The notes under the pieces are model-generated. The model had not been told where the DNA came from. It made no database searches and saw nothing but the letters and a program-made list of their open reading frames with translations. Below are positions 36,470 through 46,360 of a stretch of DNA of 64,000 nucleotides, in pieces. Origin of the DNA: an uncultured delta proteobacterium (lineage in GTDB: Bacteria > Myxococcota > Myxococcia > Myxococcales > Myxococcaceae); NCBI GenBank assembly GCA_963731795.1, contig CAVSWU010000003.1, positions 966,216 through 1,030,215 on the forward strand, in the 5' to 3' direction. The translations under genes were made by a program, and so were the position numbers. The first letter of the stretch is position 1, and every line of letters starts with the position of its first letter.

Positions 36470-37498
36470 ATGGCAGGACCTCTCGCAATCGTCATCCTGA
36501 TGCCCCTGCTCTCCGCGGCCGTACGGCTGGAGGGCTCGGCGGTCTGTCCCGCGCCGGACCGGGTCGAGGAGCGGCTCGCGCGGATCCTCCCGGAAGCGCC
36601 GGGGCCGCAGCATGTCGCGCGCGTGGATGGCACGGGTGCGATCCTGGTCCTCGAGCTCGCGACAGCAGAGGGCGCGGTGCTGGCGCGCAAGGAGCTTCCA
36701 CGCCGCAGCACCTGTGACGAGCTCGCGCAGGTGTCGGCCGTCATCATCGCCGCCTGGGAGGCTCGCTTCCGAGAGGGAACGCTCGTGCTTCCCGAAGCCG
36801 CGCCTCCCCTTCCCGCCGCACCTTCCGTTTCCGCCTCGCCGCCCCCTCCTGCCACACCTTCCGTTCCCGCCACACCGCCCCCCCTGGAGATACCTCCGCC
36901 TCCCGCGGCCCCTCTGCCTCCCGTGACACCTCCCCCGAGCGCGCTCGCGGGCCCCGTCGCGGAACCGTCCCAGCTCGCACCCTCGCTGCGTGTTCGCGGC
37001 GAGCTCGGAGCCGTGGCCGGGTTCTCGTCGCGCTGGGCCATCGGGGGCCTGGCCAGGATCTCGGTCGGGCGCGAGCGCTGGGCGATGGTCGCGCTCACCC
37101 TCCTCGAGACGCCACGCGAACTCACTCTGGGAGAAGGCGGTGTGCGCTGGAGCCGCCCCCTCCTGGGCGCAGGAGCGCGGTGGCGCCTCCTCGATAAGGG
37201 CCCCAGGCTCGAGCTCGAAGGCGGGGCCGCCGTGGCGTGGCTCGTGCTCCGCGGCACCGGCTTTGCCCGAAACGACACGGCCTCCGACATCGATCCCGCG
37301 GCCTGGGCTGGCGCCACGCTGTCCTGGAGAATGGGCTCCTGGCGCCCGTTCGTGGGAGCGCTCGGGCTGCTCTGGCTCCGCGAACAGCGCGCGCATGTGC
37401 GGACATCTATGACTTCCACCCCCACCGAGGACCCCGTCCGAGGACTTCCCCGGGGCGAGGTGATGGCGGTGGTGGGCCTCTCGCTTCCGGGCGACTGA
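36470..37498 (+). CDS. secreted hypothetical protein with Pro-rich linker
   Basis: N-terminal hydrophobic signal, a PPLPAAPSVSASPPPPATPSVPATPPP linker (27-bp imperfect DNA repeats) and a C-terminal domain predicted to be beta-rich. It immediately precedes the ECF sigma gene. Confidence 0.45.
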   Translation: MAGPLAIVILMPLLSAAVRLEGSAVCPAPDRVEERLARILPEAPGPQHVARVDGTGAILVLELATAEGAVLARKELPRRSTCDELAQVSAVIIAAWEARFREGTLVLPEAAPPLPAAPSVSASPPPPATPSVPATPPPLEIPPPPAAPLPPVTPPPSALAGPVAEPSQLAPSLRVRGELGAVAGFSSRWAIGGLARISVGRERWAMVALTLLETPRELTLGEGGVRWSRPLLGAGARWRLLDKGPRLELEGGAAVAWLVLRGTGFARNDTASDIDPAAWAGATLSWRMGSWRPFVGALGLLWLREQRAHVRTSMTSTPTEDPVRGLPRGEVMAVVGLSLPGD

Positions 37499-37539
37499 AA
37501 GGTTTCGGGGCGCAGGGGGCTGAGAGGGAGTTGACGAGT

Positions 37540-38097
37540 GTGGCCAAAATCGCGGCGCAGGCCGAGCGAGCAGCGGAGACGGAGGCAGCGGACGTCTTCC
37601 GCCGCCACGGAGCGGAGGTTGCGCGCTGGGCGTCGCGGCTGGGAGGCCCCGGCCTGGAGCTGGAAGACGTCGTGCAGGAGGTCTTCCTCAAGGTCCACCA
37701 ACTGCTGCCCTCCTGGCGCCCCGAGCGCGCGCAGCTCACCACCTGGCTGTACCGCATTACCGAGAACGTGGTGCGACACCGGCGCCGGAAGGAGCGGATG
37801 CGGCGCTGGCTCGGGGGCTCCGCCGAGGAGGTCGCGAGGGATCTCCCGAGCCCGTCGAGCACAGCCGAGGAGGAGCTCGCGAGGCAGCAGGTGCAGGCAC
37901 GCTTCTACCGTGCGCTCGAGGGCATGAATGAGCGCTACCGCTCCGTGTTGATCCTGTTCGAGCTCGAGGGCCTGTCCGGCGAGAAGATCGCGGCGCTGAT
38001 GGAGGCGAAGACCGCCACGGTGTGGGTGTGGCTCCACCGCGCGCGGGCCGACTTCCTCAAGAGACTCCAGCGCCTCATGCAAGAGGAGGGCGAGTGA
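37540..38097 (+). CDS. RNA polymerase sigma-70 factor, ECF subfamily
   Basis: Region 2 ('LEDVVQEVFLKVHQ', 'TWLYRITENV') and region 4 ('RSVLILFELEGLSGEKIAALMEAKTATVWVWLHRAR'). The GTG start at 37540 follows a GAGGGAG RBS; an alternative TTG lies at 37531. Confidence 0.75.
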   Translation: MAKIAAQAERAAETEAADVFRRHGAEVARWASRLGGPGLELEDVVQEVFLKVHQLLPSWRPERAQLTTWLYRITENVVRHRRRKERMRRWLGGSAEEVARDLPSPSSTAEEELARQQVQARFYRALEGMNERYRSVLILFELEGLSGEKIAALMEAKTATVWVWLHRARADFLKRLQRLMQEEGE

Positions 38098-39026
38098 TGT
38101 CCAGAGCTCCGCTCCAGCCCTGGAGGGAACAGCCGTCCTCCGCGGATCCGGTGGAGGCCGAGGCGATGCGCCTCGCCCGGGAGATGCCTCCCGCCGAGGC
38201 CCTGTCGCCCGAAGCGGCCGCGCGCATCTCCGCGAAGCTGGGCGCGCTGCCTCCGCCGCGAGGGGCGCGCCTGCCACGCGGCCTGATGATGCTCGGGGTC
38301 GGCGTGCTGGGGGTGGCGGCGGCGCTCGCCTTCGGGCTGAGCAGGCCGGCCAAGCCCCCCACACAGTCCCGAGCGGAGCGCACCGTCGAGGCCCCGAAGG
38401 TGGCCGCGCCAACGCCCCGAGCGCCTGAGCCCGTCGCGCCGCCAGTCCTCCCTCCGCCCGCGCGCCCCGAGGTGACGTCCGCGCCGCCACCTCCGCCCAC
38501 TCGCAGGGAAGCGCGTCCGGAGAATGCGCTGCTGGAGGAGGCGAAGCTCCTCGGCAAGGCCGTGGAGCAGCTGCGGCGCGAGCAGAACCCGAAGGCGGCG
38601 CTGGCGACGCTCCAGCGATACTTCTCGCGCTACCCCCGGGGCGAGCTGCGCGGGGAGGCGGAGGTCACCCGCGTGGAGGCACTGCTTGGCAGCGGGCGGA
38701 GCGCCGAGGCGCTGACACACCTGGAGCAGCTCTCCCGCTCCGGCTTCGCGGGCCTGCCGCGCCCGCTCGAGCTCGCGCTCCAGCGCGCCCAGCTCCTGGC
38801 CGACGCGGGGCGCGCTCCGGAGGCCACCCGCGCGTTCTCCGAAGTGCTCGCCCAGCACCCGGCGCCCGCGCTCGAGGAGCGTGCGCTGTTCGGCCGCGCC
38901 GTGTGCCGCGCTCGCGCGGGAGATGAAGAGGGAATGCGCGCGGATCTCGAAGAGTACCTCCGGCGCTTCCCGGACGGGCGGTTCGCGGCGGAGGCTCGCG
39001 AGCGCCTGAAGCCGGAGCGTCCGTAA
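38097..39026 (+). CDS. anti-sigma factor (single TM, Pro-rich spacer, TPR-like C-terminal domain)
   Basis: The ATG overlaps the sigma-factor stop (TGATG). It has the TM 'LMMLGVGVLGVAAALAFGL' and C-terminal helical repeats. Confidence 0.6.
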   Translation: MSRAPLQPWREQPSSADPVEAEAMRLAREMPPAEALSPEAAARISAKLGALPPPRGARLPRGLMMLGVGVLGVAAALAFGLSRPAKPPTQSRAERTVEAPKVAAPTPRAPEPVAPPVLPPPARPEVTSAPPPPPTRREARPENALLEEAKLLGKAVEQLRREQNPKAALATLQRYFSRYPRGELRGEAEVTRVEALLGSGRSAEALTHLEQLSRSGFAGLPRPLELALQRAQLLADAGRAPEATRAFSEVLAQHPAPALEERALFGRAVCRARAGDEEGMRADLEEYLRRFPDGRFAAEARERLKPERP

Positions 39027-39091
39027 GGTTCCGGCGCGAGCCGTCCTGAGGATGACAGTGATGCGACTGGCATCCAGACAGAGGACGGATC

Positions 39092-39682
39092 ATGGCGAAC
39101 AAGCACATGGGGATGTACCTGGTCATCTCGCTGCTCCTGGCGTGCGACGCGACGCACGACGTGGGTGAGCAGCCCCGAGACGAGACGGTGGCGGATGCGG
39201 GCACCGAGCCGGACGCGGGCGTCCAGGATCCGGCGCCCCAAGCTGATGGGGGGACCCAGCCGTCGTGCACCCAGCACACCGACTGCAATACGAGCACCGA
39301 GGTCTGCGACTTCGGCGTCTGCCGCCTGGGCTGTGGCCCCAACTATCCCGGCTGGAGCTGCGCGCCGGGCGAGTTCTGCGACGACACCGTCTACATCTGC
39401 CGGCCCAAGTGCGATGCGGGCTGCCCCAGCGGCACCACGTGCGATCCGCTGACCCTCTTCTGCCACCCACCGGCCTGCTCCGCGCAGAACCTCTGCCCGC
39501 CCCGGTACGGCTGCTCCGCTGGCACCTGCGTTCCGATCGGGCAGGAGTGCAGCGTCAATCTGCCGTGCCTCCAGGGGCAGCTCTGTGTCCAGGGGTTCTG
39601 CCAGCTCCCCTGCGGCCCGAACTACCCGGGCAACGTCTGCCCCAGTGGACAGCAGTGCCAGCAGAGCGCGACGTGCGGGTAG
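39092..39682 (+). CDS. cysteine-rich lipoprotein (Myxococcus cysteine-rich repeat type)
   Basis: Lipobox 'LLLAC' and ~30 Cys in repeated 'C..G..C...YPG..C' units. Confidence 0.65.
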   Translation: MANKHMGMYLVISLLLACDATHDVGEQPRDETVADAGTEPDAGVQDPAPQADGGTQPSCTQHTDCNTSTEVCDFGVCRLGCGPNYPGWSCAPGEFCDDTVYICRPKCDAGCPSGTTCDPLTLFCHPPACSAQNLCPPRYGCSAGTCVPIGQECSVNLPCLQGQLCVQGFCQLPCGPNYPGNVCPSGQQCQQSATCG

Positions 39683-39835
39683 ACGAGGGGGGTGGGCTCA
39701 AGCATTGACCCCAGGCGCCAAAGAATTGACCGGGCGTGCCATGAGCAGGCGCGGGGGCGAGCGAGCAGGCGCTGAGCGCGCTGCAACAACGTGAAGACAT
39801 TGCAATTCAGCATCTCTTCCGCGAGGAAATCCCCC

Positions 39836-41788
39836 ATGCCTCATTCCTCTCCCTCGGCCCAGGGAGACCTCACTCCGCAGAAGGCGGGTGGCGCTCTCCG
39901 GCTGTTCCGCTCCTGGCTTCTGAAGCGGCTCGATGCCCTGCTCTCGGAGCCCCTGCGCATGGCCCCGGCCTCGGAGCTCACCCGCGCCCGGGTGCTGGCC
40001 GGCACCACCACCCTCTTCCTCGTGTTCAACGTGCTGTATCTCCTCGTCCTCGAGGCAACGCCCCACCCCTCGCTCTGGATCGCCCCTGGGCTCGGCGCCC
40101 TCGTGGGCTTTGTGGGCGCACTGCTCCTGCTGCGGAGGGCCACCTCCCCCATCCGCCCGGCGATGCTCCTGTGCATGGCCATCATGGTGGGGAGCGTGGG
40201 CACCATGCTCACCTACCGGAACGCGTACTCCATCACCCACGCCTCGACCGTGCTGATCCCCGCGCTCGCGGTGTACCTGATGGGACCCCGCTTGGGCCTG
40301 GTCGCAGCGCTCCTCCAGATCCTGCTCATGGGGCTTGTCCTCCTGGTCGTCTATGTCCACCTCGGTATCCGCGCGCCCTCTTCCAGCGCTGAGATCATCT
40401 GGACGCTGTACTTCGCCGCGGCCGCCGCCATCATCGGCGTCTGGTTGCTGGGCGCGCTGCACAGCACCGCACGCGACGCGGCCCAGGCGACCCTGGAGCG
40501 AACCCTGAAGGAGCTGCACGACAGCGAGCACAAGCTCAGCAGCCTCTTCGAGAACACCGACGACCTGGCCTGCTCGCTCGATACCGAAGGGCGCATCCTC
40601 ATCGCCAACACAGCCTTGAAGCAGGCCTTCGCCAGACGCTTCGGCCAGGAGCCCGCGGTAGGCCAGCCCCTCCTGGCCGGCGCCGAGCCCGCGATCCAGG
40701 AGTTGTGGGCCAGGCGGTTCCATCAGGTGCTCCAGGGCCGGCGCTTGAAGTTCGAGTTCGAGTACATGCTGGCGGATCGCCGCGTCGTGATGGAGACCTC
40801 CATGGGCCCCATCCGCGACGAGAACGGGCAACCCGCGGGCATGGTCCTCTTCGCCCGCGACATCACGGCTCGCAAGGAGGCCGAGACCCGGATGGGCGAG
40901 ATGCACCGCACGCTGGTGGATGTGTCGCGGCAGGCGGGCATGGCGGAGATCGCCACCGGCGTGCTCCACAACGTGGGCAACGCCCTGAACAGCGTCAACA
41001 TCTCGGCCTCCCTCATCGCCGAGGGGCTGCGCAAGCAGCGAGTGTCAGGCCTGGCCCGGGCCGCCACGCTGCTCCAGGAGCACTCCGCCGACCTGGCTTC
41101 CTTCCTCACCACCGATCCGCGAGGCCAGCAGCTCCCGGCCTATCTGCAGACCCTCTCAAAGGGGCAGCGCGAGGAGCAGGAGGCGCTCCTCTCTGAGGCG
41201 AGCTCTCTCACCTCGGGCATCGAGCACATCAAGTCCATCATCAGCACGCAGCAGAAGCATGCCCGGACTGTCGGCGCGGTGGAGTCGCTCTCGGTGCCGC
41301 AGCTCATCGACGAGGCGATGCGCCTGCACGCCATCTCCTTCGAGCGCTTGAACATCGCCGTCGAGCGCGACTACGGGGATGTGCCACCCATCGTCGCGGA
41401 TCGGCACAAGCTGCTGCAGATCCTCCTCAACCTGATGACCAATGCGCGCCATGCGCTGGTGAGCGGTGATCAGCAGGAGAAGCGCCTGCGGATCCGCGTC
41501 CGGCTCTCCCCGGATGGCGGGCAGCTGCTCGTCGAGGTCTCCGACAATGGCATGGGTATCGCGCCGGAGCATCTGCCGCGCATCTTCACGCAGGGCTTCA
41601 CGACCAAGAAAGAGGGGCACGGGTTCGGCCTGCACATCAGCGCCCTGGCCGCCATGGAGATGAAGGGTCGGCTCACCTGCACGAGTCAGGGGCTCGGGCA
41701 GGGTGCCACCTTCACGCTCGAGCTGCCGCTCGCGGACAGCCCGGCCAGCAGCCATGGTGGTGCTGCACGCGAGGACGCTCCCGCGTAG
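39836..41788 (+). CDS. sensor histidine kinase (polytopic N-terminal membrane domain, PAS, HisKA, HATPase_c)
   Basis: 5-6 TM helices, PAS ('[23 protein letters not shown]'), H-box '[15 protein letters not shown]', N and G boxes ('[11 protein letters not shown]', 'DNGMGI', 'GHGFGL'). The start is at the Met following a GAGGAAA RBS. Confidence 0.8.
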   Translation: MPHSSPSAQGDLTPQKAGGALRLFRSWLLKRLDALLSEPLRMAPASELTRARVLAGTTTLFLVFNVLYLLVLEATPHPSLWIAPGLGALVGFVGALLLLRRATSPIRPAMLLCMAIMVGSVGTMLTYRNAYSITHASTVLIPALAVYLMGPRLGLVAALLQILLMGLVLLVVYVHLGIRAPSSSAEIIWTLYFAAAAAIIGVWLLGALHSTARDAAQATLERTLKELHDSEHKLSSLFENTDDLACSLDTEGRILIANTALKQAFARRFGQEPAVGQPLLAGAEPAIQELWARRFHQVLQGRRLKFEFEYMLADRRVVMETSMGPIRDENGQPAGMVLFARDITARKEAETRMGEMHRTLVDVSRQAGMAEIATGVLHNVGNALNSVNISASLIAEGLRKQRVSGLARAATLLQEHSADLASFLTTDPRGQQLPAYLQTLSKGQREEQEALLSEASSLTSGIEHIKSIISTQQKHARTVGAVESLSVPQLIDEAMRLHAISFERLNIAVERDYGDVPPIVADRHKLLQILLNLMTNARHALVSGDQQEKRLRIRVRLSPDGGQLLVEVSDNGMGIAPEHLPRIFTQGFTTKKEGHGFGLHISALAAMEMKGRLTCTSQGLGQGATFTLELPLADSPASSHGGAAREDAPA

Positions 41789-41837
41789 GTGGCCGGCATG
41801 CGCGTGAGATCGCGCAGCAGCTTGCGCTCGAGCATCC

Positions 41838-42566
41838 TCACCAGCTCAGCTCCGCGGGGGTCAGCTTGCGGGTGTTGTGCTCGATGCTGACAATGCGCCC
41901 ATCCGCGACGCGGATGATGCGGTCCGCCATCTTCGCGATGGGGGCGTTGTGGGTGATGACCGCGGTGGTGGTGCCCAGCTCGGTGTTGATGCGCGCCAGG
42001 GTGTCGAGGACGAGCTTGCCGGTGGCGTAGTCCAGCGCGCCCGTGGGCTCGTCGCACAGGAGCAGATCCGGGCGCTTGGCCACCGCGCGCGCGATGGCGA
42101 TGCGCTGCTGCTCGCCGCCGGAGAGCTGCGCGGGGAAGTGATCCATCCTCGCGCCGAGCCCTACCCTCTCCAGCGCATCCTCCGGCTTCAGGGGGTGCTC
42201 GGCGATCTCCGTCACCAGCGCGACGTTCTCCCGGGCGGTGAGGCTGGGGATGAGGTTGTAGAACTGGAAGACGAAGCCGACGTGTTCGCGGCGGTAGCGG
42301 GTGAGCTCGCGCTCATCGGCGCGGGCCAGATCATGGTCGCGGTAGGAGATCTCTCCGGCCGTCGGCACGTCGAGCCCCCCGATGATGTTGAGGAGCGTGG
42401 ACTTTCCGCTGCCCGACGGCCCGAGCAGGACGACGAACTCGCCCTCATACAAGTCCAGGTCCACTCCCCGCAGGGCGTGCACCTCCACCTCTCCCATGCG
42501 GTAGATCTTGGTGAGGCCGCGCGCCACGAGCACGGCACGCTGGGGCTCCGGGAGCGAAGTCGCCAT
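41838..42566 (-). CDS. ABC transporter ATP-binding protein (LolD/MacB-type), no adjacent permease
   Basis: Walker A 'GPSGSGKST', signature '[14 protein letters not shown]', Walker B '[12 protein letters not shown]', H-loop 'ITHN'. Confidence 0.8.
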   Translation of the reverse strand: MATSLPEPQRAVLVARGLTKIYRMGEVEVHALRGVDLDLYEGEFVVLLGPSGSGKSTLLNIIGGLDVPTAGEISYRDHDLARADERELTRYRREHVGFVFQFYNLIPSLTARENVALVTEIAEHPLKPEDALERVGLGARMDHFPAQLSGGEQQRIAIARAVAKRPDLLLCDEPTGALDYATGKLVLDTLARINTELGTTTAVITHNAPIAKMADRIIRVADGRIVSIEHNTRKLTPAELSW

Positions 42567-42677
42567 GGACAGGCATGGTTTGGCATCCTCCCCCACCCTG
42601 GCATCGGCCCAGAGGGCAGGTGCTGGTGCTCTACCCGCCCTGCTCCCTTCCTAGGGCGGGAGTGCGCTCTGGCCGGG

Positions 42678-42710
42678 GGGTGACTGGAGCCACCACCCGG
42701 GTGACTGGAG
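42678..42710 (+). promoter_or_regulatory. tandem 12-bp direct repeats GGGTGACTGGAG (x2, 21-bp periodicity): candidate enhancer-binding-protein site
   Basis: Exact repeats ~100-130 bp upstream of the sigma54 promoter at 42807, the usual enhancer distance. Confidence 0.3.
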
Positions 42711-42806
42711 TCTCGCGGCGCCCTGCCTCGGAAGGCGGCCCGCGTGGTGGTGACTCGAATCTCTCCGGCCTCGGTTCCCAGGGGTTCTGCCCCAGGGAGC
42801 GAGCAC

Positions 42807-42822
42807 TGGCACACCTCCTGCT
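42807..42822 (+). promoter_or_regulatory. sigma54 promoter TGGCAC-N6-TGCT (shared extended motif TGGCACACCTCCTGCTCT)
   Basis: Perfect -24 TGGCAC and a -12 GC at the canonical spacing, ~65 nt upstream of ATG 42887, which has an AGGAG RBS. Confidence 0.45.
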
Positions 42823-42886
42823 CTGAGGTGTCTCCGTCACTCACCAACGCTCTCACCCCACGGAGAGCCACCCCCAGGAGCCCGCC

Positions 42887-44119
42887 ATGACGACCGCCAT
42901 CGCCAACCCCCCCGCCCCCCGCCTCACCCGCGTGAACTCCGAGCCCCTGCCGAACGTCGCCCGGCCCGAGCTGCAGCGCACCAACACCGCTCCCGCGGCG
43001 TTGAGCTCGCCCGCGGCCCAGGCGAAGCCCACTTCGACGAGCCTCCCCTCGAAGGTGGCGGACGTCTTCTCCAAGGCGGGCTCCAAGGTGAGCGGCTGGC
43101 ACGGCAATGCCGTCTCCCAGGCCACCTCCGACGCTCAGGCCTCTGGCGGAAGCGTGCTGAGCAAGCTGAAGGCGGGCGCGGGCCTGGGCAGTGGAATCCA
43201 GGGCATCGTGTCCAACAGCCAGGGACTGGCCAACGCCATCAAGAACCATGAGGGCGGCCAGGCCATCGCCGCCAACGCACTCGGGCTGACCCGCGGCGTG
43301 CTGGGCACGGCGAAGGGCGCCCTCGACACGGCCGCCGCCATCGAGTCCACCCTGGGGCTGCGCAAGGTGGGCCAGGCCGCCAAGGACGCCATCGGTGTGC
43401 CGGGCAAGCTGGGCCAGGCCATCACCAGCGCTGTCTCCGAGGCGGTGCACAACGGCAAGCCGCTGCGCGACGTGGACGTCCTGTCCTCTATCGGCAAGTC
43501 CCAGGGCACGTGGAGCAGCGTCAAGAACTCCGTCCAGATGGCGGTCGCCGACAAGCTCCGCTCCGCCCACTTCGAGAACGCGGCCAACAAGATCGAGAAC
43601 CACGTCTCCGAGAAGGGCCGCAAGGCCGCGCAGGAGCTCGCCGCCGGTGAGAAGGGCGTCGGCAAGGCCATCACCGAGGCGGGTGGCACGGCCGCGAGCA
43701 CGGCGGGCAAGGCCGCTCACGGTATCGAGGAGGCGGTGAAGGGAGGCAAGGCGGCGGACTCGGCCATCCACGCGGCCAAGGGCGCCGAGGAGGCCCTCAA
43801 GGTGGGCGCCAAGGGCGCGGGGACCGCGGCGCGGCTGGCGGGCCGCTTCGCGCCGGGCCTCAACATCGCCATGGCGGGCGTGGACACCGCCATCGCCGCG
43901 CGCACCCTGAGCGATCCCAAGGCGAGCGTCGCCGCCAAGGTGACGTCCAGCATCACCGCCGCGGGCTCCGTCGTCGCCGCCACCAACATCCCGATCGTCT
44001 CCCAGGTGGGCGCGGCGGTGTCGGCGGGCTCCTCCATCGCCGGCGCGGTGGTGGAGAACGCCGGGAAGATCAAGGACGGCTTCAAGAAGCTCGGCAACAA
44101 GCTCAAGAGCTTCTTCTAG
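42887..44119 (+). CDS. Ala/Gly/Lys-rich, Cys-free hypothetical protein with a C-terminal ~55-aa hydrophobic hairpin
   Basis: 410 aa with a strong RBS and no signal peptide. It has no Cys or Trp-rich core, and a C-terminal hydrophobic stretch ('GVDTAIAARTLSDPKASVAAKVTSSITAAGSVVAATNIPIVSQVGAAVSAGSSIAGAVV'). Confidence 0.6.
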   Translation: MTTAIANPPAPRLTRVNSEPLPNVARPELQRTNTAPAALSSPAAQAKPTSTSLPSKVADVFSKAGSKVSGWHGNAVSQATSDAQASGGSVLSKLKAGAGLGSGIQGIVSNSQGLANAIKNHEGGQAIAANALGLTRGVLGTAKGALDTAAAIESTLGLRKVGQAAKDAIGVPGKLGQAITSAVSEAVHNGKPLRDVDVLSSIGKSQGTWSSVKNSVQMAVADKLRSAHFENAANKIENHVSEKGRKAAQELAAGEKGVGKAITEAGGTAASTAGKAAHGIEEAVKGGKAADSAIHAAKGAEEALKVGAKGAGTAARLAGRFAPGLNIAMAGVDTAIAARTLSDPKASVAAKVTSSITAAGSVVAATNIPIVSQVGAAVSAGSSIAGAVVENAGKIKDGFKKLGNKLKSFF

Positions 44120-44155
44120 CCCCGGACCGCTCCACCCCTTCCCGAGGACTCCACC

Positions 44156-45173
44156 ATGAACCCCATCGAAGTGACCGAGCTGGGCGAGCAGACAGGACTT
44201 CCCGAGGTGCAGGCACCGTCGCTGGAGGGGCTCTCCGTCACCCTCCCCGCCCCCGAGGGCTTCACCTCGGCTCAGGTCCAGCAGCGCTTCCTGGAGCTGG
44301 CCCGCGCCCACGCCACCGAGCGCTACCGCGGTCCCTGCGGAGCGGATCTCCTCGGGAGACGAGGTGCTGCTGGACATCGCGGGCTACAGCCATGGCCGCC
44401 TCATCCCGTTCAGCATCCGCACGGGCGTGTGGCTCGCTCTGGAGCCCGAGCCGATGCTGCCCGGCCTGTACGAGGCGCTCGTCGACCGCAAGCCCAACGA
44501 GGGCCTCGTGGTGGACATCACCCTGCCCCCGGAGTACCCCCTGCCGTCGCTGCGCGGCTGCCCCGCGCGCTTCCTGGTCCACATCCAGGCCGCGCGCGAG
44601 GTGACGTACCCATCGCTGGAGAGCCCGGAGTTCCTCCAGGCTTTCGGCCGAGGCCAGACGGTGGAGGAGGCCACGCGCAGCGTCGTCGCTCAGATGGTGG
44701 ACGAGGCCGCTCAGGTCCTCCTGCTCCAGGGCCAGCAGCGGGTGCTGGACGAGGTGGCCTCTCGCACCCAGGTGCGGATCCCCTCCGAGCTCATCGACGA
44801 GGAGATCCGCCGGTGCTGGAGCGAGAGCGAGGGCCGCTCCGTCCGGGAGCTGAACTTCTCCGAGCAGGAGCAGCGGGAGTCGCTCGACACCTGGCTGAAG
44901 GATGACGCGACCCGGCGCGAGGTGGAGCGGCGGCTGCGGCTGGCCCTGGCCCTGGGCGCCATCTGCAAGCGGGAGGGACTCACCCTCACCCCGGAGCGGG
45001 TGGAGAAGCTGCTCCAGGAGCGCGCCTCGGCCGCCGGGCTGACGCTGGAGGAGGTGACGGAGTCCCTGCGCGCCGAGCCACAGCACCTGGCGCGCATCGA
45101 CCAGGTGGCGTGGCACCTCCTGGTGGTCGACTACGTCATGAGCCGGGCGCAGCTCCGCTTCGAGCCGTCCTGA
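44156..45173 (+). pseudogene. trigger-factor-like protein (FKBP-type PPIase-like plus C-terminal helical domain), one frameshift
   Basis: Frame change at ~44335 between 'ARAHATERY' and 'SGDEVLLDIAGYSHGRLIPFS'. The downstream domain architecture resembles the Tig PPIase and C-terminal arms. Length minus 1 gives 339 codons. Confidence 0.5.
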
Positions 45174-45287
45174 GCCCCGCCGGGTGGTGACGGCCGTCAC
45201 CAGTTCAGCGATGGCCGTCACCAGGCCGAGGCCCCCCGTCACCCGCCCGTGCCTCTCGAGCCCCCGCGAGAGGACGGGCAAACACCT

Positions 45288-45303
45288 TGGCATACCTCCT
45301 GCT
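45288..45303 (+). promoter_or_regulatory. sigma54 promoter TGGCAT-N6-TGCT (TGGCATACCTCCTGCTCT, 17/18 identical to the site at 42807)
   Basis: Lies in the 170-bp gap before ATG 45343, ~40 nt upstream. Confidence 0.4.
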
Positions 45304-45342
45304 CTACCCCTGGCTGCCCCCCTTCCTTCGGAGCTCTCCATC

Positions 45343-46281
45343 ATGGCCCTCTCCCCCCTCTCCAAGTCCTCGTTCTCCAGCCCCTCCACCCTGGCCATCC
45401 CGAGCGCCGAGCCGATCTCCGCCCAGTCACGATCCTTGCCGGGCCGCATGGATTCGCAGCAGAGCAGTCCCCTGCGGAAGCTCCTTATGAGCGACGGCTT
45501 CGACTCGCCGATGGGCGCGACGAAGGCGGGCGGTGTGGAGGCGGCGGTGCGGATGCTCACGCAGGTGGCCGACCTGCTGGCCAGGTCCGCGCGCATGCTG
45601 GGCAGCGAGCTCGGTACGGGCAGCCAGCCCGTGTCTGGCGCGAGCCCTGTGGGGAAGAGCGCGGTGCCGGAGCTGGGCGGCGCGCAGGGCGGCGTGCCGG
45701 ACCTGGGCACCCCTCAGAGCGCCCCGGCGAAGGGCGGGCCGAAGGGCGAGCGGACGATGACCTTCACCAACGATGGCAACTCGCCCATGACCATTCAGTT
45801 CACGCCGAACGCCGGTGAGAAGGCGATCGAGCCTCGGACCCTGAAGCCGGGCGAGACCCAGACCGTGGAGTTCCCCGACGGCTGGTCCGGCAACTTCCGC
45901 AGCACGGCCGGGGACGGGAAGGCGGCCACGCTCGGCGAGGTCAAGTTCAACGGAGGCGGGAACCAGACCTACTACGACGTGAGCTACATCGAGGGAAACA
46001 ACGCGGCGATGACCATCCAGCCGGAGAACGGCGGCCGCAAGTCCGGCACGCTCGACAACCTGCTGGCGTCGGCCCCGGACTCCATCAAGGCGAAGGACGG
46101 CAGCGGCAACGCCTACGGCATCAAGAAGAGCACCACGTCCAACGTGCAGGATTCCTCGGTGGTGGACTACTACCGGCAGAAGGTCGGCGCCGACCAGGGC
46201 TACGTCATCCCCACCGATGACGCCAGCACGCTGGGATCGGGCGACAGCCACCTGTCCGTGCACCTGAAGAACCTGACCTGA
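45343..46281 (+). CDS. hypothetical protein with a Cys-free thaumatin-like C-terminal beta domain
   Basis: GGAGC RBS. The C-terminal 'TFTNDGNSPMTIQF...GWSGNFRS...GEVKFNGGGNQTYYDVSYIEGNNAAM' follows the thaumatin-like motif order but without the disulfide Cys. There is no obvious signal peptide. Confidence 0.5.
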   Translation: MALSPLSKSSFSSPSTLAIPSAEPISAQSRSLPGRMDSQQSSPLRKLLMSDGFDSPMGATKAGGVEAAVRMLTQVADLLARSARMLGSELGTGSQPVSGASPVGKSAVPELGGAQGGVPDLGTPQSAPAKGGPKGERTMTFTNDGNSPMTIQFTPNAGEKAIEPRTLKPGETQTVEFPDGWSGNFRSTAGDGKAATLGEVKFNGGGNQTYYDVSYIEGNNAAMTIQPENGGRKSGTLDNLLASAPDSIKAKDGSGNAYGIKKSTTSNVQDSSVVDYYRQKVGADQGYVIPTDDASTLGSGDSHLSVHLKNLT

Positions 46282-46306
46282 GAACCGGGAAGCACTCCCC
46301 GCCGCC

Positions 46307-46322
46307 TGGCCCGCCTCTTGCT
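46307..46322 (+). promoter_or_regulatory. sigma54 promoter TGGCCC-N6-TGCT (TGGCCCGCCTCTTGCTCT, 15/18 to the 42807 site)
   Basis: Lies in the 80-bp gap, ~39 nt upstream of ATG 46361. Confidence 0.35.
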
Positions 46323-46360
46323 CTAAAGAGGCGCGTACCCACCCGTAAGAGGCACTCCCC

